From: a virus
Taxonomy: Duplodnaviria; Caudoviricetes
IMG/VR virus record: IMGVR_UViG_3300036835_000046
Location: 1-55,319 of that record
Strand: one strand, 5' to 3'
DNA length: 55,319 nucleotides
A program made the translations under genes and the position numbers. Below are positions 1 to 8,149 of this stretch, piece by piece. Every line of letters begins with the position of its first letter. Positions within the stretch are counted from its first letter, which is position 1. A model generated the notes under the pieces. It was not told the origin of the DNA, made no database searches, and was given only the letters and a program-made list of their open reading frames with translations.

Positions 1-412
1 CGAGCGGCCTCGGCGTGCCATCCGCGTGGAAACGCAGCCGCCAGGGCAGCCCCGCAGGGATGTCGTGTGCCCGCACCAAGTAGTCATCGTTGACACTTCG
101 GGTGGGGTTGCGCCACCACAGTCCGGCATGGCGGTAGACCTCGCCCTGCATGAGCAGGTTGACGAGGCAGCGCTCTGTGAACTTGGGTGGCAATTCGGCG
201 TTGAGGGCGACAGCGAGATCGCCATAGCCATGGTTGTACTCCAGCGCGGCAAGCACAAATGCCATACCAGCGCGATAGATCGCGGCCAGGTCTTCGTCGT
301 TGGCGGTGCCATCGGCGGCGCGCTCTGCTTCCGCATAGAACTGGGGTGACGGGTGCTCAACGTGACTTGTATCTCGCTCCCCTTTCGGGTCAATGCCGTT
401 GTCAGTTGGCAC
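1..412 (-). CDS. hypothetical protein, truncated by window edge (MPTDNGIDPKGERD...)
   Basis: Hand-translated open frame from GTG 412 running off the left edge; GAGGGGG upstream; overlaps the stop of 402..590. Confidence 0.55.
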   Translation of the reverse strand, partial: MPTDNGIDPKGERDTSHVEHPSPQFYAEAERAADGTANDEDLAAIYRAGMAFVLAALEYNHGYGDLAVALNAELPPKFTERCLVNLLMQGEVYRHAGLWWRNPTRSVNDDYLVRAHDIPAGLPWRLRFHADGTPRPL

Positions 413-590
413 CGATGTCCACCCCCTCTAGCAAGTCAGCTTCCACCTCCATCAGCGCTGCCACTTGTTCGGGGTAGCAGGCTCCTGGGAAGGGCCTGCC
501 GGGGGACGGGACCTCCTCGGCCACGTCGCGGAGCCTGCTTGCCGCCAAGCGAAGCTCAGTTGGGTCCTGCGCGAACTGGTTTGGGGCCAT
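402..590 (-). CDS. hypothetical protein, probably leaderless
   Basis: 62-aa ORF; TAGCAT -10-like hexamer (596-601, - strand) 5 nt before the ATG. Confidence 0.55.
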   Translation of the reverse strand: MAPNQFAQDPTELRLAASRLRDVAEEVPSPGRPFPGACYPEQVAALMEVEADLLEGVDIGAN

Positions 591-785
591 GGCTCATGCT
601 ACCACGTCGGGTCCGGCCCATCCGAATGTCACCTAACCTGTCAGTCTCGCTCAGACTTGAGTTGGGACTTCTGGGCGGACCAGGAACCATCCCGTGCCTG
701 GAATGCCGATTTACCGTAAGTCGGCAAGAGGGTGGGCACCATTTGTGTGAAGTCGATTGACAGTAAGTCAGAGTGACAGGGACAG

Positions 786-849
786 TGACGTTTTGAATCC
801 CTGAATGCGTTCAAAATCGTCAACGCAATTGATACTCACTGAGTGTCAA
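786..849. promoter_or_regulatory. two imperfect inverted repeats, operator-like
   Basis: TGACGTTTTGAA...TTCAAAATCGTCA (786-822) and TTGATACTCA-C-TGAGTGTCAA (829-849) in an AT-richer divergent intergenic region. Confidence 0.45.
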
Positions 850-924
850 CCTAAGCGACAGCTAAATCGCCTCTGAGGCCCCTAGCGGCCCGTCTGCGGG
901 CATCGGGGGGTCAACCCTACTGTC

Positions 925-1145
925 AGTATCGGCGCGCATTCTTTGGGGTTTTCCCTGCAATTGGGCACTTTTTGCCTCGCGCGCCCACGTGGCTGCGCAT
1001 GCAGGGGTGCGCACGCAGGCGCACATGCGCGTACGGGAGCGCGCACATGCGGGAGCGCACACTCGCGCATCCTGACCAGGATCTTCCGCTGCGCTGCGCT
1101 GCGCACTTGCGCGCAGATCTGTGCGCGCGGATCTGCGCACACACG
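925..1145. repeat. GCGCA/TGCGC-rich alternating purine-pyrimidine block
   Basis: About 15 GCGCA/TGCGC units and three RGATCT in ~220 bp; overlapping ORFs are low-complexity artefacts. Confidence 0.75.
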
Positions 1146-1202
1146 AAGACGAACCTGTAGGTAAGGTTGATATTTGGCTCTACAGAGCCAAAACAGCAAT
1201 CC

Positions 1203-1224
1203 GATTGTCATCCCCCTGACAATC
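1203..1224. promoter_or_regulatory. perfect inverted repeat GATTGTCA-N6-TGACAATC
   Basis: 8-bp arms with a 6-bp spacer, upstream of the first early gene. Confidence 0.55.
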
Positions 1225-1340
1225 CGCACTTCCGGTTCTCAAGTCCGGCCCTACAGTCACCGATGAAGGGATTGCAGGGCAGCGGGACCGACTGAATCGG
1301 CCACTCAGCGCCCGACACAGGGCAGATAGGACTCACCGAA

Positions 1341-1775
1341 ATGAACACTCCCACTCTCACGCAGATCATGGACGCGGCCAAGGCTGTCAAGTCCACTTCC
1401 AACACCGACAAGTCGGTGGGCGAGATCGTGGCCATGCTCATCATGGACATCGACAAGTCGCTCACTCCCGCACAGGTCGCTCCCGCTCCCGTCCGCTCCC
1501 GCGAGGCGCGCACTGCCCGCAAGTCGGCCGACTGGAAGTCCACTGTGACTGCCAGCACTGACCACTGCTATGTGCGCCTCGTCGCTTGCGAACTGGCGCT
1601 CATGGACGCCTACGCTGACAGCCCGATTGACGGTTACTCCACCCTGGATTGCGTGCCCACGCACGGCGCGGTGAGCGACGCCTACAAGGCGCTCATGCCC
1701 TACGTGGCCGCTGTCACTGTCAACTTTGGGCGCGGATCGGCGCACTACGCGGAGGCTGCCGCGCTGGTCGCGTAG
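1341..1775 (+). CDS. hypothetical early protein
   Basis: 144-aa ORF, high GC3, AGGA RBS. Confidence 0.8.
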   Translation: MNTPTLTQIMDAAKAVKSTSNTDKSVGEIVAMLIMDIDKSLTPAQVAPAPVRSREARTARKSADWKSTVTASTDHCYVRLVACELALMDAYADSPIDGYSTLDCVPTHGAVSDAYKALMPYVAAVTVNFGRGSAHYAEAAALVA

Positions 1776-2745
1776 CCCCACCATTGACAAGTCGGGCAGG
1801 CATGCCCGAATCGCGCCCACCATTGGCGCGACCGTCCCTGAAGCCGGGACGCTGACGAACCCTAACGGGTGACTTGTCAGACATAACCTCGCGGTGAGCG
1901 CGCTAGGCGCGCTAATGAGCACCACCATTGCTCCCGCGTACTCCAGTCGCATAGGAGTGACACCAGGGATGACATGTCGGCAAGCGACCGCTGTTGTCAT
2001 GGCGTGGGATGACTTCCCATTGTCACTACTAACGCACTCCGCGCCACCATAGGCGTGCGTACATATCCGTTCACATGTCACTATGGACATGGTTCACATA
2101 ACGACTTGATCTCGCGGTCAATCCTAGTAGCCGCTGTCAACTGAGTCTGCACTTTGATGGTAAGTCATGTTGACAGTCTGCGAGCTACACACCGACTGCA
2201 AGCGCTCCTTCTACAGTGAACCCCCCGGAATGACGAGTCAGGCCCCGCAGCTACAACAGCGGATACCATGGGGCAATGGCACTGACAATGTGACTCCCCG
2301 CAGGGAGAAATAAGCTCGGATGACAGTTGTTACTGACTGTCAACCATAGTGTCCGATTAGGTGGAAGTGGCGTGTCCCGCTTGCACAAGTAGCTCGGGTG
2401 GCATTGTGGTGCTAGTAATTCGATGCCCGCTGACAGTGCGATTGACAGTGTACGGCGCGATGGCCATGGTCTGAGTGAGGTAGGGAAGACGGTGCAAGTA
2501 GGCCGGAACCTTAGCCTGAGCGGGGAGCTTGAATGCGGCAATCATGCTGACATGTTCAACTGCCAATACCAAGGTGTTGCAGAGTCAGAGCCGCTAGCGG
2601 GAGTCAGTGGACATGCCTCATAGTCCTGCCCGCGAACTGGTACTAGAGAGGCGTCTGGGCAGCTTGGAGTCCCTGCCAGCACCCCCTAACTGGGTGACTG
2701 GAGTGTGCGGAACGGCGCGGTTCGATCCCGTCCCTGCCCGATTCA
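1776..2745 (+). ncRNA. candidate large structured non-coding RNA (~1 kb)
   Basis: No codon-biased ORF; near-continuous helices (1785-1793/1871-1879 enclosing hairpins; 2134-2141/2169-2176; 2291-2298/2599-2606; 1792-1800/2733-2741); G-U pairs favour the + strand. Confidence 0.65.
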
Positions 2746-2801
2746 ACCGAATAGATAGTCAACTCAACTCACACAACACCAGTCCTAAGGAGGACACCAC
2801 C

Positions 2802-2975
2802 ATGGGCTACATCGCCAACCCGACCGACGAGCGTATCCTCGTCGCCAGTAGCACCGACAACTACACTGTCATCAACCGTGACTACGCTCAGGAGCGCGCT
2901 GAGCGTGCCCAGGAGCGCCTGGAGCGTGACATGCGGGCTGTCGGATTCGGTGCCCGCCGCTCCTACTGCGGCTAG
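2802..2975 (+). CDS. hypothetical protein (MGYIANP...)
   Basis: AAGGAGG RBS, strong codon bias. Confidence 0.8.
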   Translation: MGYIANPTDERILVASSTDNYTVINRDYAQERAERAQERLERDMRAVGFGARRSYCG

Positions 2976-3330
2976 CTCCACAGTGTGTGTCATGTAAGTG
3001 TACATGTCACACTCCACAATTGCTGTAAGTTCACTTGTCACCCGGCCGCTCTCCGCATGGTAAAGCGGGGAGTCAGGCTGGGTGATAGGAGAATTGGCGT
3101 CGATTCAAGCGTATTGTCATATGTCAATGGGCTTGAATGGGCATGCCAATGTCCAATGATCCCGGGATGCAAGTGGGTTGACAGTCTGAGGCTACTCAGA
3201 TCGTCTGCTCACGCACTCCTGGAGCCACACAGACTCCCTCCTGACTCTCTAGGAAGTGAGTCCTCTACTGGAGAGGCATTCCGGCCGATCCGGTGCCCTA
3301 GTGCAACCCCACAACGATCCTGAATGGAGG
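2976..3330 (+). ncRNA. candidate structured RNA or leader
   Basis: ORF-poor; hairpins ATTCAAGC...GCTTGAAT and TCTGAG-GCTA-CTCAGA among others. Confidence 0.35.
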
Positions 3331-3336
3331 GTCACA

Positions 3337-3591
3337 ATGAGCAACTCCTACAACACTGACAGTCCGGCGCTGGCAAGCGCTGCCGCACTGGCGCGCATGA
3401 TCGCCGCTGCCGCTGCCTTCCAGTCGGATGGCACTTTGCCGCCGCAGCGTCGGTCCTCCGACCACACGGTTGTCATCAATTCCGGCCACGTCGCCTTCAA
3501 TGGCGCGACCGAGCCGCCCGCTGGCCACCGCGACTGGGATCACATCCGCGCCCAGGAGCCGCAGCCGCTCGGTCCCTGGAGCCACTGCTAG
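3337..3591 (+). CDS. hypothetical protein
   Basis: GGAGG RBS, codon bias. Confidence 0.7.
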   Translation: MSNSYNTDSPALASAAALARMIAAAAAFQSDGTLPPQRRSSDHTVVINSGHVAFNGATEPPAGHRDWDHIRAQEPQPLGPWSHC

Positions 3592-3725
3592 TGCTCCCTG
3601 GACTGTCCTACGGTGGCAACTCACTTGCCGCCCGACTCGGCTACTACGCCGACCCTGACGTTCGCAACCCCGGCCTGATTCTGGCCACCGACCCCGACCA
3701 CACTGTCAACAAGGAGAACACCGGA

Positions 3726-3860
3726 ATGAGCATCGAGCGCACCGAGAAGAACGGCCAGCAGGGCTGGCAGGTCATCAACAGCGGCCACAAGCTGTTCGCC
3801 GCCTACGGCGTCGGCAGCAAGCGCCGCGCGCTGGCCTACATCGCCGCCCGCAAGGGCTAG
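3726..3860 (+). CDS. small hypothetical protein (MSIERTEKNG...)
   Basis: AAGGAG RBS, codon bias. Confidence 0.7.
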   Translation: MSIERTEKNGQQGWQVINSGHKLFAAYGVGSKRRALAYIAARKG

Positions 3861-3870
3861 TCACTGTCAA

Positions 3871-3898
3871 TGGGGGAGAGTGAAGCTGCTCTCCCCCA
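3871..3898 (+). terminator. GC-rich hairpin
   Basis: TGGGGGAGAG...CTCTCCCCCA directly after a stop codon; no U tract. Confidence 0.4.
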
Positions 3899-3932
3899 CC
3901 CTCACGCCGAATCGACAAGGAGATTCACAGAA

Positions 3933-4178
3933 ATGAGCATCACGATCACCACTCCGCAGAGCGTGGCCATGGACGCGCTGGTCAAGATGGACTACGCGAT
4001 CTCGCGGATCTGGCATGACGGCATCATTCAGATGACGCTGCGTGCCGACACCTCGGTTCACGTCTCGGTCCGGCCGGACGGCTCCTGCACGCCGCCCTAC
4101 ACCGATGTCACCCGCGTCCAGTCGGCTGCCATGCACGCCGCCGGACTGACCGTCAGCACCACGCCGATCAACGACTAG
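3933..4178 (+). CDS. hypothetical protein
   Basis: AAGGAG RBS, codon bias. Confidence 0.75.
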   Translation: MSITITTPQSVAMDALVKMDYAISRIWHDGIIQMTLRADTSVHVSVRPDGSCTPPYTDVTRVQSAAMHAAGLTVSTTPIND

Positions 4179-4192
4179 CAAGGAGACTTACA

Positions 4193-4453
4193 GTGAACAC
4201 CGAGTACAGCATCCGCGAGATCATGGTCAAGGACTTCAACTCGCTCGGGCTGCGCAACAGCGCCTTCACGCTCGACATCATGGCCAACACCGGCTGCTCC
4301 TACAGCGCCGCGTGCTCGGCCATCGCCATCTGGGACGCGCTGCGCTGCCACGACAGCGACCGCATGTTCGACAACGGCAAGGCCAAGCGCTCCGTCAAGA
4401 TCGGCGTCCGTCAGGCCGACGACGAGATCGAGTGGATCGCCACCGTCAAGTAA
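4193..4453 (+). CDS. hypothetical protein
   Basis: AAGGAG RBS, GTG start, codon bias. Confidence 0.75.
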   Translation: MNTEYSIREIMVKDFNSLGLRNSAFTLDIMANTGCSYSAACSAIAIWDALRCHDSDRMFDNGKAKRSVKIGVRQADDEIEWIATVK

Positions 4454-4475
4454 CAACCAAGGAGTGAGTGTAAAC

Positions 4476-4649
4476 ATGCTTGGCTTCGCCATCTTCACCT
4501 CAATCCTCTGGGGCAGCGGTGGAACGCTGCTCTGGCGGATTGGCAAGGCGCAGGACGCACGCAAGGCCGCTGAGCGGGCAATTGCCAAGGTCGATGACGA
4601 CCTTGCCCACGCCAGCCGCTACCAGAATCGCCTAATCGGCAAGGAGTAA
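4476..4649 (+). CDS. small membrane-anchored protein
   Basis: N-terminal hydrophobic helix; AAGGAG RBS. Confidence 0.65.
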   Translation: MLGFAIFTSILWGSGGTLLWRIGKAQDARKAAERAIAKVDDDLAHASRYQNRLIGKE

Positions 4650-4651
4650 CT

Positions 4652-4852
4652 GTGAACGCAACTGACAACTACGTCGTCATCTACGACTCGTCGTGGCCCG
4701 CGCTCAAGCTGACGTGGGACGAGTCGCTGATGCTCGGTGAGGATGAAGCCGCCTACAAGGATGGTGACATCACCGCTGACGACTTCACTGAGATGTGGGG
4801 AATCCACCCCGACGCCGACTTCATTGTCGAGCTTGACTTCAGCAAGGAGTAA
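4652..4852 (+). CDS. small acidic hypothetical protein
   Basis: AAGGAG-TAA-CT-GTG junction, Asp/Glu rich. Confidence 0.7.
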   Translation: MNATDNYVVIYDSSWPALKLTWDESLMLGEDEAAYKDGDITADDFTEMWGIHPDADFIVELDFSKE

Positions 4853-4854
4853 CT

Positions 4855-5424
4855 GTGAACAAGGGTAACATCGTCAACTTCGAGCGCGGTGACACTGGCA
4901 TCGTGCTCGCACTGACCCGCGACGGCAAGCGGGCGCTGGTCTACCGCTACGGCCCGGACTTCTCCAACTGGGTCCCGCTGGACTGGCTCACCGTGGAAGT
5001 GGCAGGCGACGAGACGTGCTACAAGTGCGGCGGCTCGGGCCTGTACTACTACGGCGGGATGGTCCTCAACGGTGTCTACCAGGGCAAGACCGGCCCCTGC
5101 TTTGGCTGCGAGGGCGACGGCATCCAGACCGATGCCGACCGCCTCCGCTGTCACCACTACTGGCATCGCCAGTCGGAGGAGGGCAAGGCCACCGAGTCGC
5201 CGCTGGAGCGCTCTCCGGAGCCGGAAGTGGTCAAGCCGAACCCCTACGTGCCGACCGAGAAGGCTGCCAAGAAGACTGCCAGTAAGTCGGCCGCCGACCG
5301 TCGCCGCAACCGGCGCGCTGCCTCCCCGCAGGCTCCCATCGTCAACGGTGACGACGGTAGCAAGCTGATCGACTGCAAGGGCTGCGGCACGCTGCACCGC
5401 GACGACACGCTCTGCCCCTGGTAA
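4855..5424 (+). CDS. zinc-finger protein with a DnaJ-type CxxCxGxG pair
   Basis: CYKCGGSG, CFGCEGDG and a C-terminal CKGCG...CPW. Confidence 0.75.
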   Translation: MNKGNIVNFERGDTGIVLALTRDGKRALVYRYGPDFSNWVPLDWLTVEVAGDETCYKCGGSGLYYYGGMVLNGVYQGKTGPCFGCEGDGIQTDADRLRCHHYWHRQSEEGKATESPLERSPEPEVVKPNPYVPTEKAAKKTASKSAADRRRNRRAASPQAPIVNGDDGSKLIDCKGCGTLHRDDTLCPW

Positions 5425-5501
5425 CAACCAAGCTGCTAGTAAGTGGGTGGGCACCGACCGGGTGCCCGCCGAAACCCCTGCACACAAGGACTTTTCACTC
5501 C

Positions 5502-5684
5502 ATGCACATGCTCGTCAATCCGCCGATCAACTCGATCTGGGAGGACACCACCCTCGAAATCACCTACCAAGTCAAGGCGATTGGCAAGGACTACATCCTT
5601 GTCAACTGCCAGCACAAGAGCCGTCGCTGGACGGACGGCATCGACGTGAGCCTGTTCAACACCGAGTTGACTCCCGTCAACTAA
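5502..5684 (+). CDS. hypothetical protein
   Basis: 60-aa ORF with codon bias, AAGGA upstream. Confidence 0.6.
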   Translation: MHMLVNPPINSIWEDTTLEITYQVKAIGKDYILVNCQHKSRRWTDGIDVSLFNTELTPVN

Positions 5685-5718
5685 CCGTACAACTTCGACC
5701 CCGAAAGCTGAGAACAAC

Positions 5719-6948
5719 ATGGTTGCCAAGGATGTGTCGGTCGGCCTGACTTACAACGTCATGGTCAGCGACAAGATCGTGCCGGTGCGCCTGACTGGCG
5801 AGTGCCCCTACGGCGGCTGGTACGGCATCAACACTGTCACTGACCAGAAGGTCAGGATCAAGACGGCGGGACGCCTGCGCGAGCAGGTCATCGTCAACTC
5901 GGACCACCGTGGCCAGACGGACTCTGGCAAGATCACCCCGATTCAGGAGAGCAACACCGTGAGCACCACCCAGACCCCCACCGTGACCGCCGCCGACCGC
6001 CGCGCCAAGCGTGCCAAGTCGGCCAAGGTGACGGCCCCCGAGCCGGACGGCCCCAAGATGGCCGACGTGCCCGCCAAGCCGCCCGTCGCGGTCAAGCCGA
6101 CCGCCGTCAAGTCGGCTGCCAAGAAGACGACGGCCAGCAAGCCGACCGTAGCCAAGAAGACGGCTGCCAAGTCGGTGGCCAGCAAGCCCGCGAGCAAGCC
6201 CGCTGCCGCCAAGTCGGCGGCCAAGCCCACCCCTGCCAAGCCCGCTGCCAAGAAGGCGGCTCCGGCCAAGCCGACCGCCAAGGTGACGGTCAACAAGGAC
6301 ACCCCCACCGACAACTCGGTGGACATCGACAAGCTGGCGGCGATGGTCGTCGCCAAGCTCATGCAGGACAACAACGACAACAACAAGGAGAGCAACACCG
6401 TGCCCACCCGCAAGATCAAGGGCGGCAACGCCGCCGCCAAGAAGTCCACGACCACCCGCTCGACGGCCAAGCCCGCCGCCAAGCGCTCGACCGCCAAGGT
6501 CGCTGCCAAGCGCTCGACCGCCAAGGTCGCTGCCAAGCCGACGACGGCCGCGCCGTCCGTCACCGTCAACGACGACGGCTCCGTGACCGTCATCCTGACG
6601 GCGCTCAAGGAGACGCCGAACAAGTTCCAGTTCGGCCAGCCCAAGGGCACCGCCAACCCGCTGGTCACCGGCTTCTACGTGACCAAGGAGGGCATCGACG
6701 CGCTGGTCGCGGCGACCGACGAGGACGCCGACGCGGTGCTGGAGTTGACCTACGAGCCGCACGGCGGCAACCAGCCCAAGCACTCGACCCGCTGGGACGA
6801 GCAGCACGGCAACGACTCCCCGGCGTCCACGCTCTACCTGATGAACGCGGCGCTGTCCTCGCTCGGTGCCAAGGAGGGCGACAAGATCAACGCCGACGTG
6901 GCCATCGAGGGCGACAGCAGCATCGCGCTGACCCTCTGGGTCGCCTAG
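5719..6948 (+). CDS. histone H1-like Lys/Ala-rich DNA-binding protein with internal starts at 5959 and 6400
   Basis: PAAKK/TAAKK repeats; duplicated AGGAGAGCAACACCGTG initiation sites in frame. Confidence 0.8.
   Translation: MVAKDVSVGLTYNVMVSDKIVPVRLTGECPYGGWYGINTVTDQKVRIKTAGRLREQVIVNSDHRGQTDSGKITPIQESNTVSTTQTPTVTAADRRAKRAKSAKVTAPEPDGPKMADVPAKPPVAVKPTAVKSAAKKTTASKPTVAKKTAAKSVASKPASKPAAAKSAAKPTPAKPAAKKAAPAKPTAKVTVNKDTPTDNSVDIDKLAAMVVAKLMQDNNDNNKESNTVPTRKIKGGNAAAKKSTTTRSTAKPAAKRSTAKVAAKRSTAKVAAKPTTAAPSVTVNDDGSVTVILTALKETPNKFQFGQPKGTANPLVTGFYVTKEGIDALVAATDEDADAVLELTYEPHGGNQPKHSTRWDEQHGNDSPASTLYLMNAALSSLGAKEGDKINADVAIEGDSSIALTLWVA
6478..6538 (+). repeat. 27-bp coding tandem repeat (AKRSTAKVA x2)
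   Basis: GCCAAGCGCTCGACCGCCAAGGTCGCT twice plus a partial copy. Confidence 0.85.
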
Positions 6949-6961
6949 CAGTAACCGTCAA

Positions 6962-6985
6962 GGGGGAGGGCTTCGGCTCTCCCCC
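6962..6985 (+). terminator. cUUCGg hairpin terminator or stabiliser
   Basis: GGGGGAGGGC-TTCG-GCTCTCCCCC after the stop codon. Confidence 0.6.
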
Positions 6986-7023
6986 GCTTCACCGTCAAAG
7001 TAACAACTAGGAGAACAACAACC

Positions 7024-7416
7024 ATGAAGAATGTCCGTATTGCCCTGCTCGTCGGTGCTGGTGCCCTGCTGATCGGTGCGGTCGGGCCGTGGGCCTCGAT
7101 GCTCGGTGTCATCAACGTCGGCCCGACGGCCAACGGTGAGACGGCCGCTGTCGTGTTCGGTGGCGCTGCCATCCTGGCGGTCAGCGCGTTCACCCTGCGT
7201 GCCACTCGCGCGATCTCGATCAGCGTCGGCCTGCTCGCTCTGGCCGAATCGATCTACACGCTCGTCAAGATCGCTGACATCAAGTCGAGCGCCGGTGAGT
7301 TCGGTGGCCTGATCCAGCCGGGTTGGGGCGTCTACCTCACTGTCATCGCCGGTCTGTACCTCGTCGTCTCGACGTTCGTCGTCAAGCGCACTGGCAACGT
7401 GCCGGTCGCCGCGTAG
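7024..7416 (+). CDS. multi-pass membrane protein
   Basis: About 4 hydrophobic segments, PW and GWGVYL motifs; AGGAG RBS. Confidence 0.8.
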   Translation: MKNVRIALLVGAGALLIGAVGPWASMLGVINVGPTANGETAAVVFGGAAILAVSAFTLRATRAISISVGLLALAESIYTLVKIADIKSSAGEFGGLIQPGWGVYLTVIAGLYLVVSTFVVKRTGNVPVAA

Positions 7417-7456
7417 TTCACCCTCAGTCCACAACAACAACCAAGAGTACAACACA

Positions 7457-7774
7457 ATGCGCAAGCTCATCACCCTCGCTCTCGTCACCCTCGTCGGCAG
7501 CGGCATCGCCGCCTCGTCGGCCAGCGCCTACGGCTGGATGTCGGTCGCCAAGGGCAGGCAGCAGGTCCGGCTGTTCAACCAGGAGGTCGCCAATGGACTG
7601 GACGACGTGATCTCCACCAGCGTCCGGGGCTGCTTCCGGCGCACTGCCAAGAGCGTCGAATGCACGTCGATCATCACCTTCAGTGACATGACGTGCGAGT
7701 CCCAGGACCGCGCCGACTGGAAGTCCTGGACCTACATCCGCGTCCACGGCATCGGCAAGGCGCACTGCTACTAG
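7457..7774 (+). CDS. small secreted Cys-containing protein
   Basis: Signal peptide ending ASA; CFRRTAKSVEC. Confidence 0.8.
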   Translation: MRKLITLALVTLVGSGIAASSASAYGWMSVAKGRQQVRLFNQEVANGLDDVISTSVRGCFRRTAKSVECTSIITFSDMTCESQDRADWKSWTYIRVHGIGKAHCY

Positions 7775-7887
7775 CAACACCGCTGCCATCCTAACGGGTG
7801 GCGGCGACTCAGCGTCAGTCTAAATGGGCCTGGGCTGGCGCTGAGCCGCTGAAAGCGGACCCCACACACGTTCCAAGGAGAACAGCA

Positions 7888-8148
7888 ATGTCTGCACCCC
7901 TGATTGACGACGGCACCTACGAGCCGCGTACGCCGGAAGATGGCACCGACCTTGACTATGCCAGTCTGCATGGAGTCGAGTGCCCGACCTGTGGCAGCTT
8001 CCCGATGGGACAAGGCTGCTACCACATCTGCCCCAACTCGGTGTGCTACTACAGCCCCGAGCAGGAGAAGGCCGACGACCCCTGGTACGGCATGGACGAT
8101 CAGCGCGAGCGTTACGCTGGCGAACTGATCGGCCTAGAGGACAACTGA
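7888..8148 (+). CDS. small zinc-ribbon protein
   Basis: CPTC...CYHIC; AAGGAG RBS. Confidence 0.7.
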   Translation: MSAPLIDDGTYEPRTPEDGTDLDYASLHGVECPTCGSFPMGQGCYHICPNSVCYYSPEQEKADDPWYGMDDQRERYAGELIGLEDN

Positions 8149-8149
8149 C

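Noticed and set aside
862-1229. Several Cys/Ala/Arg-rich ORFs on both strands
   Set aside because: Artefacts of the GCGCA repeat block; no RBS or codon bias.
1833-1879. Hammerhead ribozyme suggested by a stem followed by CTGACGA and a second stem
   Set aside because: GAC follows the second stem instead of GAAA, and there is no NUH triplet at the expected cleavage position.
1776-2745. Group I/II intron or canonical tmRNA
   Set aside because: CATAGTCC (2619) resembles a group I S element, but no matching R (GACUA) partner, no group II domain V, no interrupted gene, and no tmRNA Ala acceptor or CCA end were found.
750-3200. Each TTGACA read as a -35 promoter element
   Set aside because: Most lack a properly spaced -10, occur in both orientations and often form stems; better explained by the TGWCA excess.
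6478-6538. 27-bp repeat as a CRISPR remnant
   Set aside because: No spacers; an in-frame coding repeat of the H1-like protein.
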